A stretch of DNA of 35,157 nucleotides, taken from Phoronis australis. Taxonomy: Eukaryota; Animalia; Phoronida. The position numbers were made by a program, and so were the translations under genes. The notes under the pieces are model-generated. The model was not told where the DNA came from and made no database searches. It saw only the letters and a list, made by a program, of their open reading frames with translations. Below are positions 12,274-24,200 of this stretch, piece by piece (positions within the stretch are counted from its first letter, which is position 1; every line of letters begins with the position of its first letter). Location of the stretch: NCBI GenBank assembly GCA_002633005.1, contig NMRA01000123.1, positions 545,785-580,941 of the forward strand. The letters are read 5' to 3'.

Positions 12274-15200
12274 CTGAAAGACATTGCAAAGTGATGTACA
12301 AATAAAAAATGATACAGTATGACAAAATTGCATTCCATCTTAGCAGCAAAATCCACTCACTTCCTACGTGTTCACGATAACGTAAATTATGAAGGTTTGG
12401 TCTATGTTCACGATATTTTTTTTCTGAATGTAGAGAGCACCACTGCGGCATTAACTTACAATAATCTTTAAAAGAAATATTGACAGAATCAAACATTGGC
12501 AAATTTAATAGCAAAGATTTGGCCAACTTTCAAATGACTCCAATGAATCCATTTGGGATGTCCTCATAGATTTGATGAAGCTACTGGCGAGCTTACTCGT
12601 CGAGATTATTCACCTTTTTCATAAACTACTCTACTTATAGACATCAAGCAATTTTGTCTACACAAAAGTTGTACGCAATCGTCCCACTGTGGAACGACGA
12701 ATCTTGTATTTTATAGAGTGTCACAGGTTCCGTGCAATGATGATGGCTGCTGTTAAAGTGGACGCCATCAAGAGCATGCGTTCAAGCTGTAGCAACTGTA
12801 ACTACGCGCATGTGACTTGCAAAAACAGAGGAACAAAAACGGTTCACACAGGGGTCGTTTGCATTTTAGGTTCACACTAGAAGAAGGTTCATTTTCCCAC
12901 AAGAATCTCCACCAGAGATCTCTGAAAATCTCGAGCTTTACTCAAAATTTTAGCTTGAGTATAAAGGTCATTAAGGGAGAACTTGGTCTAACCATAACAT
13001 ATGATCGAACAAATGATAATTTATTTTCACTTTTGGTTATAATATGTATGACGTAAAAAGTAATTTCGAATTCAAAGATTATATTCCGAGCTGTGGTCTA
13101 TGTGCTGTATATGTAGGGTCAAACAGATTCAAAGGAATTTACTTTTGTCTCCAGAGTGACGCATGACTTATGGGTGTGTGTAACCTGAAAAAAGCATAAG
13201 TGCCCGATCCGTTACGCACGTCAGTCGCAGGATACAGCTAGTGATATCGCGTGCTTCGGCTGTAATGTGTGACGTTTTTTTCGCGACGACCAGCGTGATA
13301 TTGTCAAACACGTAGGCCTAGTAGAGTATTGAGCACTAGGAAATAAGAAGTTTTAAAAATTTAAGGTCGTAAAAAATATGAAGTCACGAAATCATTCGAA
13401 ACGCTTGAGTTTGTAGCTGCCGAGTTGAAGTTTGGTCTCCGACGTTACCATCCGTAGCATACAGTTAGCCTACTTCTAGGACAATAAACGTGAAGGTTGT
13501 ACGTACGTAGTAGGAGTAACCGTCTGGGTAACCCTGAGGTCGCATGTAAAATCCGCTGTACTTCTTGTACGACTGACTGTATTTTCCTATTGTGTTCAAA
13601 TTCTGTCCAGCATTAAAGCCCAAGCCCGGCTGGTCGGTAAACACTTCTAGAAATCTACCACTGGATTTGTCCCACGCTCTGGAAATTTCAAACAGATTGT
13701 AAAGTAAGTCTAAAGAATACTAAACTCTATATTGACGATTTCAACCGATCTTCGTTCTGTCACCTGCTAATGCACCATTGGCGTCATTCTTGAAAGTTAA
13801 AAACAGGAATCAACCAAAGACGTATGTCACAGATTAGATATTGTGGTTTTTTTTGGTGGGTGGTTTTCACCACAGTTGCTTTCTAATTCGCTAACAGCAT
13901 AGTTCACGCTTATTCGTATTCACGTAGCTTCAAAAGGATGTTGCAATGCCGTGCAGTTACCGACGAATAAAAATATAAAATAGTAAAACTAGAAAACTAA
14001 AATGACGAGGGTCGGTACTCAAATACATTAAGATATCCCCACTTATCGAGCGATGCGCTCTTTCAGGTCCCCTGTGCCATTTTATTTTAGATCTATCCAC
14101 ATGTATTCAGCAGTCTGTAGCACACCCTTGAGAAAGAGCGCATCGCTCGATACGTGGGGATATTTTAATACATTTTAGTACCGAGGCTCGTCATTTTAGT
14201 TTTACTAGTTTTACTATTTTATAGCTTCAAAAGGAGTTTTCAAATTTCCTCTAAACATTTGAAGGTTGTCTAAGGATTTTAGAGTACTACTAGTTTCAAG
14301 GAACTGGATAGGAAAGTCGTTTTTAATATCTGATAATAGGCCAAAACCGGCTTTGGTATCCTGCGTGTGGCAACGACGACAGTGAATTACTGTAGGCTCA
14401 GTCTTTTAAACCGTTAACATGTAATATTTAAATGGCTATCAACCCGCGTTCATTCCAAACAGGCGATTATTTTATATATGCCACTTAGTGTTTTAAAAAT
14501 TACATCAGGCGGGAAGAGATTTTTGGATTTGTGGAGAACTTACAGTCTTGGGGCCTGTTCCAACAAAGTCGACTTAGCTACAACAAATCTTAAATTTCAG
14601 TAAATTTTAGAATGAAGGTTAAATTTGTCTCAAAACTAATTCAAGTACGAGATCTTAAGTTTGACTTGATTGTTTGACATAAGCTTTGTCTCAATGTTGA
14701 CCATTTTACCGAATGTGGAAGTTAATCTTAAGTCAGCAATGCACTTAAGTCAGTTTCTTGGAACAAGTCCCTGACCATGGTCGACGCATAAAACAATATG
14801 TCAAGACAAACCTGCCTCCCGTTCAGTAACGCTAGGACCTCGCTAAAAAGCAAGACTTCGCGAGATTACGGAAAACGTTGCCGTGTATTTTAAATGAGAA
14901 CACATGACTTTGACTAGACTTTAGCTAGGTCTTAGCGTAGGTCCTAGCGTTACTGAACGCAGTCATGGTCTCGAGTAAGAAACAATTGTCATGAAATCAC
15001 CTCAAATATGACTAACGAGCAATTTGCAACTAACTCCATTACCGTATGCATATTTGCAAGGGGCAGCCGAGGTCTGCTCAAAGAAACTTCTTTGGGCAAT
15101 TTAGGTAGCAAAAGCCACAACAAAGTTTGATCTTCATGGCGTCTTGGGATTGCCAACTACTCGAAGGAGTAGCGAAAATGACAAAAGGTCGGCCAACAAC

Positions 15201-18200
15201 AATTTTTACATACAATGTCTGTAGCAATATGTGGCTACGGGCACGGTATGTGTGTTGTCTCTATGAAAATGGGGTTTTAGCACGGAAGGCGTTTTTTTGG
15301 GCACGTGAAGAGTTTTGTCCAGAAGCTTAGGCTACTTTTATTGTTGAAATGTTGCTGGCATCACAATTCAATAACTGTGTGTTCTAGCACACATTTTTCA
15401 CTATGCACCGAACTGGCTTGTCTCATGAACGTATTCAAAGAGGCATTCTTACAAATCACGCTTTTCAGCTAATTCCTGTGCCTCTCACGTGAAAGAATGG
15501 TGTGTACTTACGAGGCAGCCCGCTTCATGCCTGGTGAACCCAAAATTGAATAGACTTCGTCCACGCCGAAGGATTCCACCTCGGCTCCCTGATCGAGGAA
15601 TCTGGGCTCGAAAAAGCTTTTTGCAATTTTCACCAGCTTTCCTAATACAAATGCATTGAGATATTGAGATTATTCAAGCTATCCCAGAGTCCACTGCCGT
15701 TTGCGGCTAAGAAGCATTTGACAAGACACCAAATTTTGCTTTATTTCGCAAGAAATGTGTAGAGAATTTCCTTTCTGAGGAATGGATTTTATTTGCTTAA
15801 AAGGATACTAAAACCTGCTTTGGTGATTTCAACCAACACTCTTTCTACACTTGGTAATGCACCATTGGCGTCTTATTTGAATGGTGGAGGTAAAATTCAA
15901 CTAATTCAACTAAACTAACCAATGACTATATAGTATGGTTCTTCTTCAGTAATCTTTCTCCACAGTTAGGTGACACGTAACATGTCTGTAAATAACGCTC
16001 GAGAAAGTTGTTACCCTTGGAATACAAGTTTGTAAATCCAACCGCTAACTGTAGTCGATGTATGGACATGGTCAGATGAACCGAAGCACAGTAGAATTTG
16101 GACACAGAAAATTCCGGTAGTGTATGGGGATATGTCAACACATTTCAGAAAATGTTTTGTTCCTCACGCCATTTTACCAAGAGTATTTATGCAATAAAAG
16201 TTATCTCGTGATTTTAGAAAAGACTTAGTTTTTATTTGCATTCCATTTGGAAATGAGAGTAAGCGGAAACGGAAACAGACGATGGAGGCGCTTTTGTTAG
16301 TGGTTCTTTTTAACGAAGAATTTTATTAATTTAGGATTTACAGAATTGATTAAATGCACAACACTTTTTTATTGTTCACAGTAATTTAGGATTGCGAAGT
16401 AATCGTGAACAGAACAGAGAATTGTTTGTTTATGTTCGAGGTTTGTTGTGAAACAGCAGTGAAGGTTGCACATTCCATATTTGTTGCAAAAGCGCTGTTA
16501 ACGAAAACAAGATGCAAAACCCGCCCATGTGCGTAGCCTTAGTTTCTGACTGGTTGTCTTGTAACTCGCTTCAGGTGCAAGTCACGTTTACCAGTTTAGC
16601 TTTTTTAAGGAGTTTTCCATTTTTTATGAATATTTGAGGGATGGCGATGGTTACAGACCATTCCTCTGCTTTCAGTGTATTCGAAGAGTTGAATGAATGT
16701 AACTGCGTGGTTCGGCAGAGTTTACCAAAAAGACGTGATGCAATTGTTGTTTTACGACGCTGGCTTACTTAAAAAACACTTGAATAAAACTTGTATTTAA
16801 AATAACCGATAATGTCGCTTGAAAAAAATGTCGATTTTGCGTTGATTCTTGTTTTTTTGAGTTTTAATTATTGCGCGCGACCTCACAATAACGTCATAAT
16901 AAACAATAGAAAACTCAAGTGTAGGTATTAGGTGCGATTTAATTCAATTTCCACTTTTGGTTTCATTGATGTGACGTCATTAAAGTTTAAATAGCTCTCA
17001 AGTGGGTGACTCCGAAAAAAACAACGACTGGCTTTTTATGTAGAAGCCAGGTACTCAAAATCCAGAAATAAATGTTAATTACACGAACTTAAAGAATCAA
17101 CAAACCGAGAAATATATTTACAGGCGTTTAACAGTTAACGATATTAATTCGTGTTAAATTTGATTAGAGGTGATTTTTCAGTGACCCATGTTAGTTCATA
17201 GTTTTTTCAGGGGTTTCATTACTGAAACTGTTGCCTCAAAAAAATTAATTTGGTCACATGAACATTTTTCGAAAATTTGTATAAAACAAAGACTGAAACG
17301 CAAAACAACGAAATTAGTTGGCAAAAGTCAAAAATCGAATGAAACTCCTTACTCTCATACTAACGGTCTCGTAATGTTGCTTCGCGTGATAAGGATTTTA
17401 GGTCCGTTGCCAATAAAAAACATCGAAACCATCAGAAACCCGTGAAAATGCGGCTTACCGGGGTCGGGCCAATATCAATTAAAAAATGTCTGTTTGATTT
17501 TCAATGGATTGAGTTGGCACTGCACATTATCACGGTAAAGAATATTTTGAGATCGATTTTATAAAAGCAAAAGTTCTGGATCGATTTTAGGTAGCTAATA
17601 AGGACAAAATGCAATTTTAACTGACAAAGACCGAGTTTGGTACCCTCAGTAACGCAGGCGTATCATGCTTAAACTTAAAAAAGATTCAAAAAGTAGCCAA
17701 TGAACATGGGAATGTTAGTCAACACGAGGAAAAGTGAGGTCATGAACATGAACACATCGGCCATACCTGTGGTTAAGTGCATGCTGCCTCTTTCCACTTT
17801 CACAACTGCGTTTACGTGGAAAACGTGACTGTCCGTGATCTTGCGAGTCATGTTCTAAAAGCACGCCAGATGCGGTTACTCCGTTTCAAAATGAAGCATG
17901 CTGTTTACAGTTACATGTATGTAGGGCCCAGAATATCTGCTAATTTGGCTAAATTTTGAACATCGCATCTCAGAAATGACTGACCGGATTCACGTCTTAC
18001 TTTTAAATACTATGTTCTGTGCACTGTTTTTCAAAACGGCTTCAAGAAATGCTTTTGCATTTGAACTGTTAATCGCTTTAAGCTGCATTCCGTCCTGTTA
18101 ATCATGCTAAAAACGAAAATTAAACTTTACTTTTGTTAGTTTCATTTTCGTAAATTAGGTACCATAACATTAATATAGTTCCCTTTGACTTACCAATGCG

Positions 18201-21200
18201 CGTCGAAATCATCAGCTACTAAAGAAAGCGCTTTAGAGTTTATTGGAATTGGTCAACTAAATTTAAGAAACTGGATTCGAAAATGGCGCACGTGTGCATT
18301 GCCTATGACTTGAGTTGTCGACTCTTTCGGTAATAATTCAAGATAGGCGGATGAACGCGGTAGAGTTTGTAAACACTAAAGCGCCTCGGTTTAAGACAAT
18401 TGGACAAAATGCAGCTTTAATCTGCAAAGACGGGTGAATTATGTTGAACATAAATGTGACATCGTTCTAACTTACCACGCCGCCCAAGTTAAAAAGCAAG
18501 TTTGTACACAGGTTCACTGGAGTTGCTGTTGTCGTTGTGGCGGTGTAGGTGATGGCGAGTTCATTCTCGTCAGTTAGTTCAAATGTCGCATTTACGTTCA
18601 GTTTCCCAGGGTATCCCATATCCTTGTGCTCACTTCTCAGTGACATCACTACAGAGTTTCCAACAACGATGCTTTTCCAGTTTTTCTGAAAAAAGAGATT
18701 TCTGAAAAAAACATGCATACATTGTTTCCGGGAGAACCAGCTAATTTCAAACAGTTAATCCAACCAATACTATTATTGATGAAGACATTCCAAACTGAAA
18801 TCTGACATGAATTCCTACTGGATAATTTTCTATGGGCTCAACAGCAAAATTTGTTCTGCCAAGTGATGAGGAGTGAGATAGAGTGGACACAGAGAGGTCA
18901 TTTCCATGTATTTATCAGCAAGCAGACGCAAGGTCCACCATTTACGCATCATTTCTGTAAGGTTTCGTTCTGCAAAATAGCAGAATCATGTAATGTAGCT
19001 CACTGCATTCGTTGTATTGGCTCAAAGGGTTCATGCATCCGCCAACTACATGTGCTTTACATTACTAAGGGCGACTTCATAAAGAAGCCACAGGTTGACC
19101 TGTAACAACTGCCTTCAAGTGACCTACAGCTCAGCTCATAGCTCAAAGCTGGTTGTACACATGCAGCGAGTAAAATGCTCATTGACCAATTCATTACCTT
19201 CATTGTAACTAGCGTAAATTTAATACACACAGACCTATAGAGATAGCTTGAGAACTTTCTAGTTGTCAGATGATGCAATAATTAATTGCATTGGTTGTAC
19301 CTGGTCAAAGCCAGACGATCCGCCGTTCTTTGAGTTATCACCATCGTTGCTGTCAATCTTGTACGTTTTGTTGCTTCCTCCCGAGGGATTTATAATTGTC
19401 ACCTGTCCAAGGCGCGTGGACCCACACGTGCGACCAATGGTGGCACCCATGTAAGGATTTATTACCCTGTTTTTATTCCTGTAGCCTGTTGGTGCAACAT
19501 TGCTGATGTAGTTTGGTAATGTTGGCAATAAACGTCATCTTAGGTCGATTGTTAATATTGGTGGATTTAGCCGGGATGTCGTGAGGTGCAATCATAATTT
19601 CCGTGAGAAAAAATCTTTGTAGACCTTGAAAAGAAATTGCTTTTCCTGTCCACGATTGGTTTACCCCATTTGTTAATAGTCCTTGGACTGTGGGGGGAAG
19701 CTTTAAAGAGATTTTGGGGAAGGGCCTTCGCCTAGCAATTTTAGTTTGACTTTTTGAATGCAAAAAATCCGGCGTTCACCGTTTCACATGTTCGTGTAAT
19801 TTGCCCATGAGTTTGATGAAAAATGACAAAACTGAAAGTTTGAGTTAGAGTACAATGCGCCACTACTGGTGAAAATAAGTTATCTAAAGCACGGGAACAG
19901 ACACCTTTAAACATTGTTGGTCATATTTAACAAACTAAACGACCCAAATATGTCTAAATAGCTGTAAAAATACAGTTTTAATCACATCATAATGGTAGGA
20001 TATGAACCGGCGCTTCATTGCACGTGCATTGACCATTTTGATATTTATACAACATGTGAACTACGTTGTTTCAGTTAAACGAATGGTGATAAGTTGTAAA
20101 TCAAAAGGATGACAGAGTAGTAGTTATGAGGCAGGAGAAAATATCATAAAACAGCATAAACCGTGGTTTACTTTCGTCGCCCTTTACCAGAGATCCTAAC
20201 TGCATGTCACAATAACTAGACACCAGGGGTCATAGTAAAGATCAACAGAAAACTTCGTCAACTGTGGGTAGACTGGGGTACACTGGTTTGCCACTAATTT
20301 CCTCCCCTCACCATCTGAGTCACTGCTCATGTTTAAAGTAACACGTTTGCTACACTTTGGAGCACAAAGTTGATGTGCAAAAGACCAAAATTGAATATTG
20401 GTCTGCATTTACCAAATTATCGGAGTTTTGATTTGAACCCCTACATTTTTTCTTGGTTGAGTTCAGTGTTCCAAAATTACAATAGTACACCGGGCTGTAA
20501 TACAAATCGTATAAAAGTTGTTAGAAGTTAAGTTGATAAAGAATTGACTACCATCCAATGTTTGTGACAAAATGTTTTACAGTGATGTTCTTAATAAAAG
20601 TAAGTTTTATAAATACATGTATAGCGAATTGTGTCTAGGTAAATCGTACTCGAAAACAGTTGTTTGATAAAGACTGGTGTCGCTTCATTAAATGGCGCTG
20701 GTCATGCCTATTGTAACCACTGCACAATTCGTATAAAACAACCAAACTTTGTTAGCTTGCGCACATGATGATGTAATTTGTCAATTATGTGTTCTGTAAA
20801 TGCCTGGAGCTGGTGTGGAAAACGTCAGAAACGTCACCTTCCAGTCAGTTTACTTTCCTGTTGTGTTCCTTTGATGGCACATACTGTACTTCATACGTCG
20901 TATTTGTATTAACCTTAAAGGTTGTTTTTAATAATTCTGACCAAAAATAGTACTTGTCGTTACGCTGCTCGCTAACAAGTTCAATACACTCTTCCGGGTT
21001 CATACTCGTTCAAATTAGTACATCATGAATTTTAGCGCCAAGTAGCTTGAACATCGCATCGTTTACAACTTTGGTACTTGCGGTAGGCGCTTACTCTACC
21101 AAAATGGGCTTTTCAGTTTGGCATTAGCTAATGCTACCCTCTACTGATCAATATATGTCAATCAGAATTGCTTTGTTTTTATACAAGAGAAACGTATAAT

Positions 21201-24200
21201 TGGCAGGTGAAGGTTATCACGAAATATTCTCTTTCAGTTCAGGTCTCGCTGACTATCAATCCATCAATGCCCACTAAACGGCTTATGTTTATTTGACGTG
21301 CAACACGGCGCACGTTTACTCTCATCAAAGTTCACTTATACTTGCCTAATATTAATCCTTGCAGTATGACATATTTAACTTATTTTGTGTTGCCTACAAT
21401 TGCAAAGACCGAGTGGGGGTTGATTTTGTAAGAATGTGTTATCATCTGTTGCGTGAACTGCAGAAAGATGAAATTTTGGCATTGAAAGAAACAAAATGTT
21501 CGAAAAGGATGTCGCGCACCCTAAGAGGAAATCCCTTTGCACTGCAACAGGGTACTTTACGATCAAATAGATGTTACCATCAATGGTGTGAATGATACCT
21601 TTTTCTGGTGCAACATATAAAACTGTCCCTTTCCTACATGTACCTTGTGAAGAACTGAATCCAAGAAGAACGTCTTCGAACACCCCTTTGGTATCTGGGA
21701 GGTACAGTGCTGTTACCGCCGCCCCGAATGTTATCACCTGAGCGCGAACAGCATTGCTGTTTCGCAGGGTGTATCTGGAGACAATCAAAGAGTACAGGTA
21801 CAACTTACGGTTTGTGAACAAATGAGGCCATTCAACCAGCGGCACGCAGTTCATTCACAATATAATTTTGCTCGGTATTTGTGTTTGGGGGCTAGTGATT
21901 GGGATAAACGAAAACCGGAATCACGTGTGTCCAGAGTTCGAATACTTATTTCCGTAGTACCTTAAAACCCTGTATCGCTTAGGCTTCTTAAATCAAGTTT
22001 GTTGTTTTGATGTTTGTTTTGATCGAATGTTTTGCAGCTGCAATGCAACATAAGGCGTGATTGGTGTCGACACAGTTTTGATGCTTCAGTTGACCTGAGG
22101 TGAACACATCCAGTACGTCAATGACTTTTGCGCGAATGGTGCGATCAGTGGACTTAAAATATCCCTATTGTGGGAAGAATATACTTGCCCATAGGAAAGA
22201 GTTTGTATAGCATTCCTATGAGTCTCTAGTGGAAACAAGATACTAAGTCATTCTGTAGGTTCCATAGAAGCGGGGACTTGTTTAGATTTTAAAAATATTT
22301 TAGCTGCATTTCCTTAGCGGTGGGATATGGAAATTCAAAAGCCGCATTTTCTGACGAATCGAGAGTGCTTCTTTTTACGGGTCTCTCTGTTAAGTTTATT
22401 GGAATATGTAATCAGTGTTCGCGGAGCCAATTTTGACACGCGTCAGAACAGAAATGCATAACTTAAAATTTTTGGAGGACCCCGTCGGAGTTGCCACGCC
22501 TGGCCCATGTAAAACCCATTTGTGTGGTGGCACATGAAATATGACCAATTTACCTGAGCACCTTGCTGCCGTCGTTCAAGTTACCGAAATCGTCCACAAC
22601 AATACGTGGAATAACGCCCTGAAAAACAGGAGACTCGCAATTGATGGTCTCAAGTCACTTTCCTGCAACCTGCACTGTACATGTAAGCAATGTGCATTGT
22701 ACGTGTAAACTTTGTGCTCTGTACATGTAAGCAATGTGCTCTGTACATGTACGTGTAAGCAATGTGCAATGCACGTGTAAACATTGTGCTCTCTACATGT
22801 ACATGTAAACAATTTGCTCTGTATGTGTAAGCAATGTGCACTGTACGTGTAAGCATTGTGCTCTGTACATGTAAGCAATGTGTACTGTACATGTAAGCAA
22901 TGTGCACTGTACATTTAAGCAATGTGCACTGTACGTGTAAGCAATATACACTGTACATGTAATTAAGCAATTTACACTGTACATGTAAGCAATGTGCACT
23001 GTTTCGTTATGTTCTTGTGGGAAATTCGAAAGACAATGCCATCATAAATGGACATAAATTACTTCGCAATGTTTGACTTACACTGCACGAGTCCCTCGAA
23101 TGGTTACATAAAAATTCATTCGTCATCTGTACAACAAACGGTCGTCTCTAAATACCGAATCCCAAATAGCGTCCCTGAGTCTGTAGTCAAGCGTCCTCAA
23201 GTATAGACAATCCTTACCTTATGTTGAGATTTCTTAAAGACTCCCGTGACAGCTAACAGAATAAACACTATCGCTATGAGTAAGAGAAGGCACATGATGT
23301 AGAAGGCTATGAGACATTTCTTACGGCGCGTTAGCTCCGTTCGTGTTCCAGGTTTCCCGCCGCTCGTTACCTCGGATAAGAAGGCCTGCATGAGCGAACT
23401 TTTCTTTTTATCAGCCACTCTTGGAATAGGTGGCACCTTTATGAGTGGTGGTTTACTATCCTGTGAACTACTTCCTAGCGGAGGTCTCGTTCCCGGGGGA
23501 AGCAAACGATTACTGGCGGGCGTAGAAGCAGGGGAGAGGCCTCGTTGCGGTAAGCTCGCGACCGAAGTGTTCTCACTTGATGTTTGAGGACGTGTACCTC
23601 CAAGCAGGTTGATTTTCAGTTTAGCTGCTAATTGTTTCCCCTTTTCAGCGATTGGTTTTAAAGGACTGGTTTTGGAAACACCGTTTGGGTTACGTTTCAA
23701 TCCTTCCACTGCAACCTGCATTTTCTGCGGCAGCGGATGTTGACCTTTCTGGCAAATTGCAATTCCCTTTTTGTCTGCTGTCATGACAACGGGGGATCCA
23801 ATGATCATATCTCTGTTCATATCAATGGGAGATCGTTCACCACGTCTGGCTGCTGCCAATTTGGCGACATCTGTGTGAGCAACCCCACCAACTGGTGAGG
23901 GGGCTTTTTTACTTGAATCTCCAATTAGCTTTTGTATTGTCTTCGCTGTGGTTGTTTCTCCTGCCTTTATAGGTCTTTTTTGAGGGGTTGTCACACGTTG
24001 TCCAGGTGGTATTTTCACATTCTGCTTGGGAATACTTGGTGACACGTTTCCTTTGTCTTTTTTACCTATCTGAATCGACGATACCTCGCATTTCTGGCCC
24101 ACCCCGTCAGCTGGAGGTAAATTAGTACCTACCTTTTCACTAAATACTAATCGAGATTTTAACTGTTCTTTGGTTTGTTGAAGCATTTCCGTAGATGTTT

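Noticed and set aside
22576-22999. His/Cys/Tyr-rich repetitive ORFs
   Set aside because: Translations of the 22-bp minisatellite; the real exon 2 (22554-22618) is in another frame.
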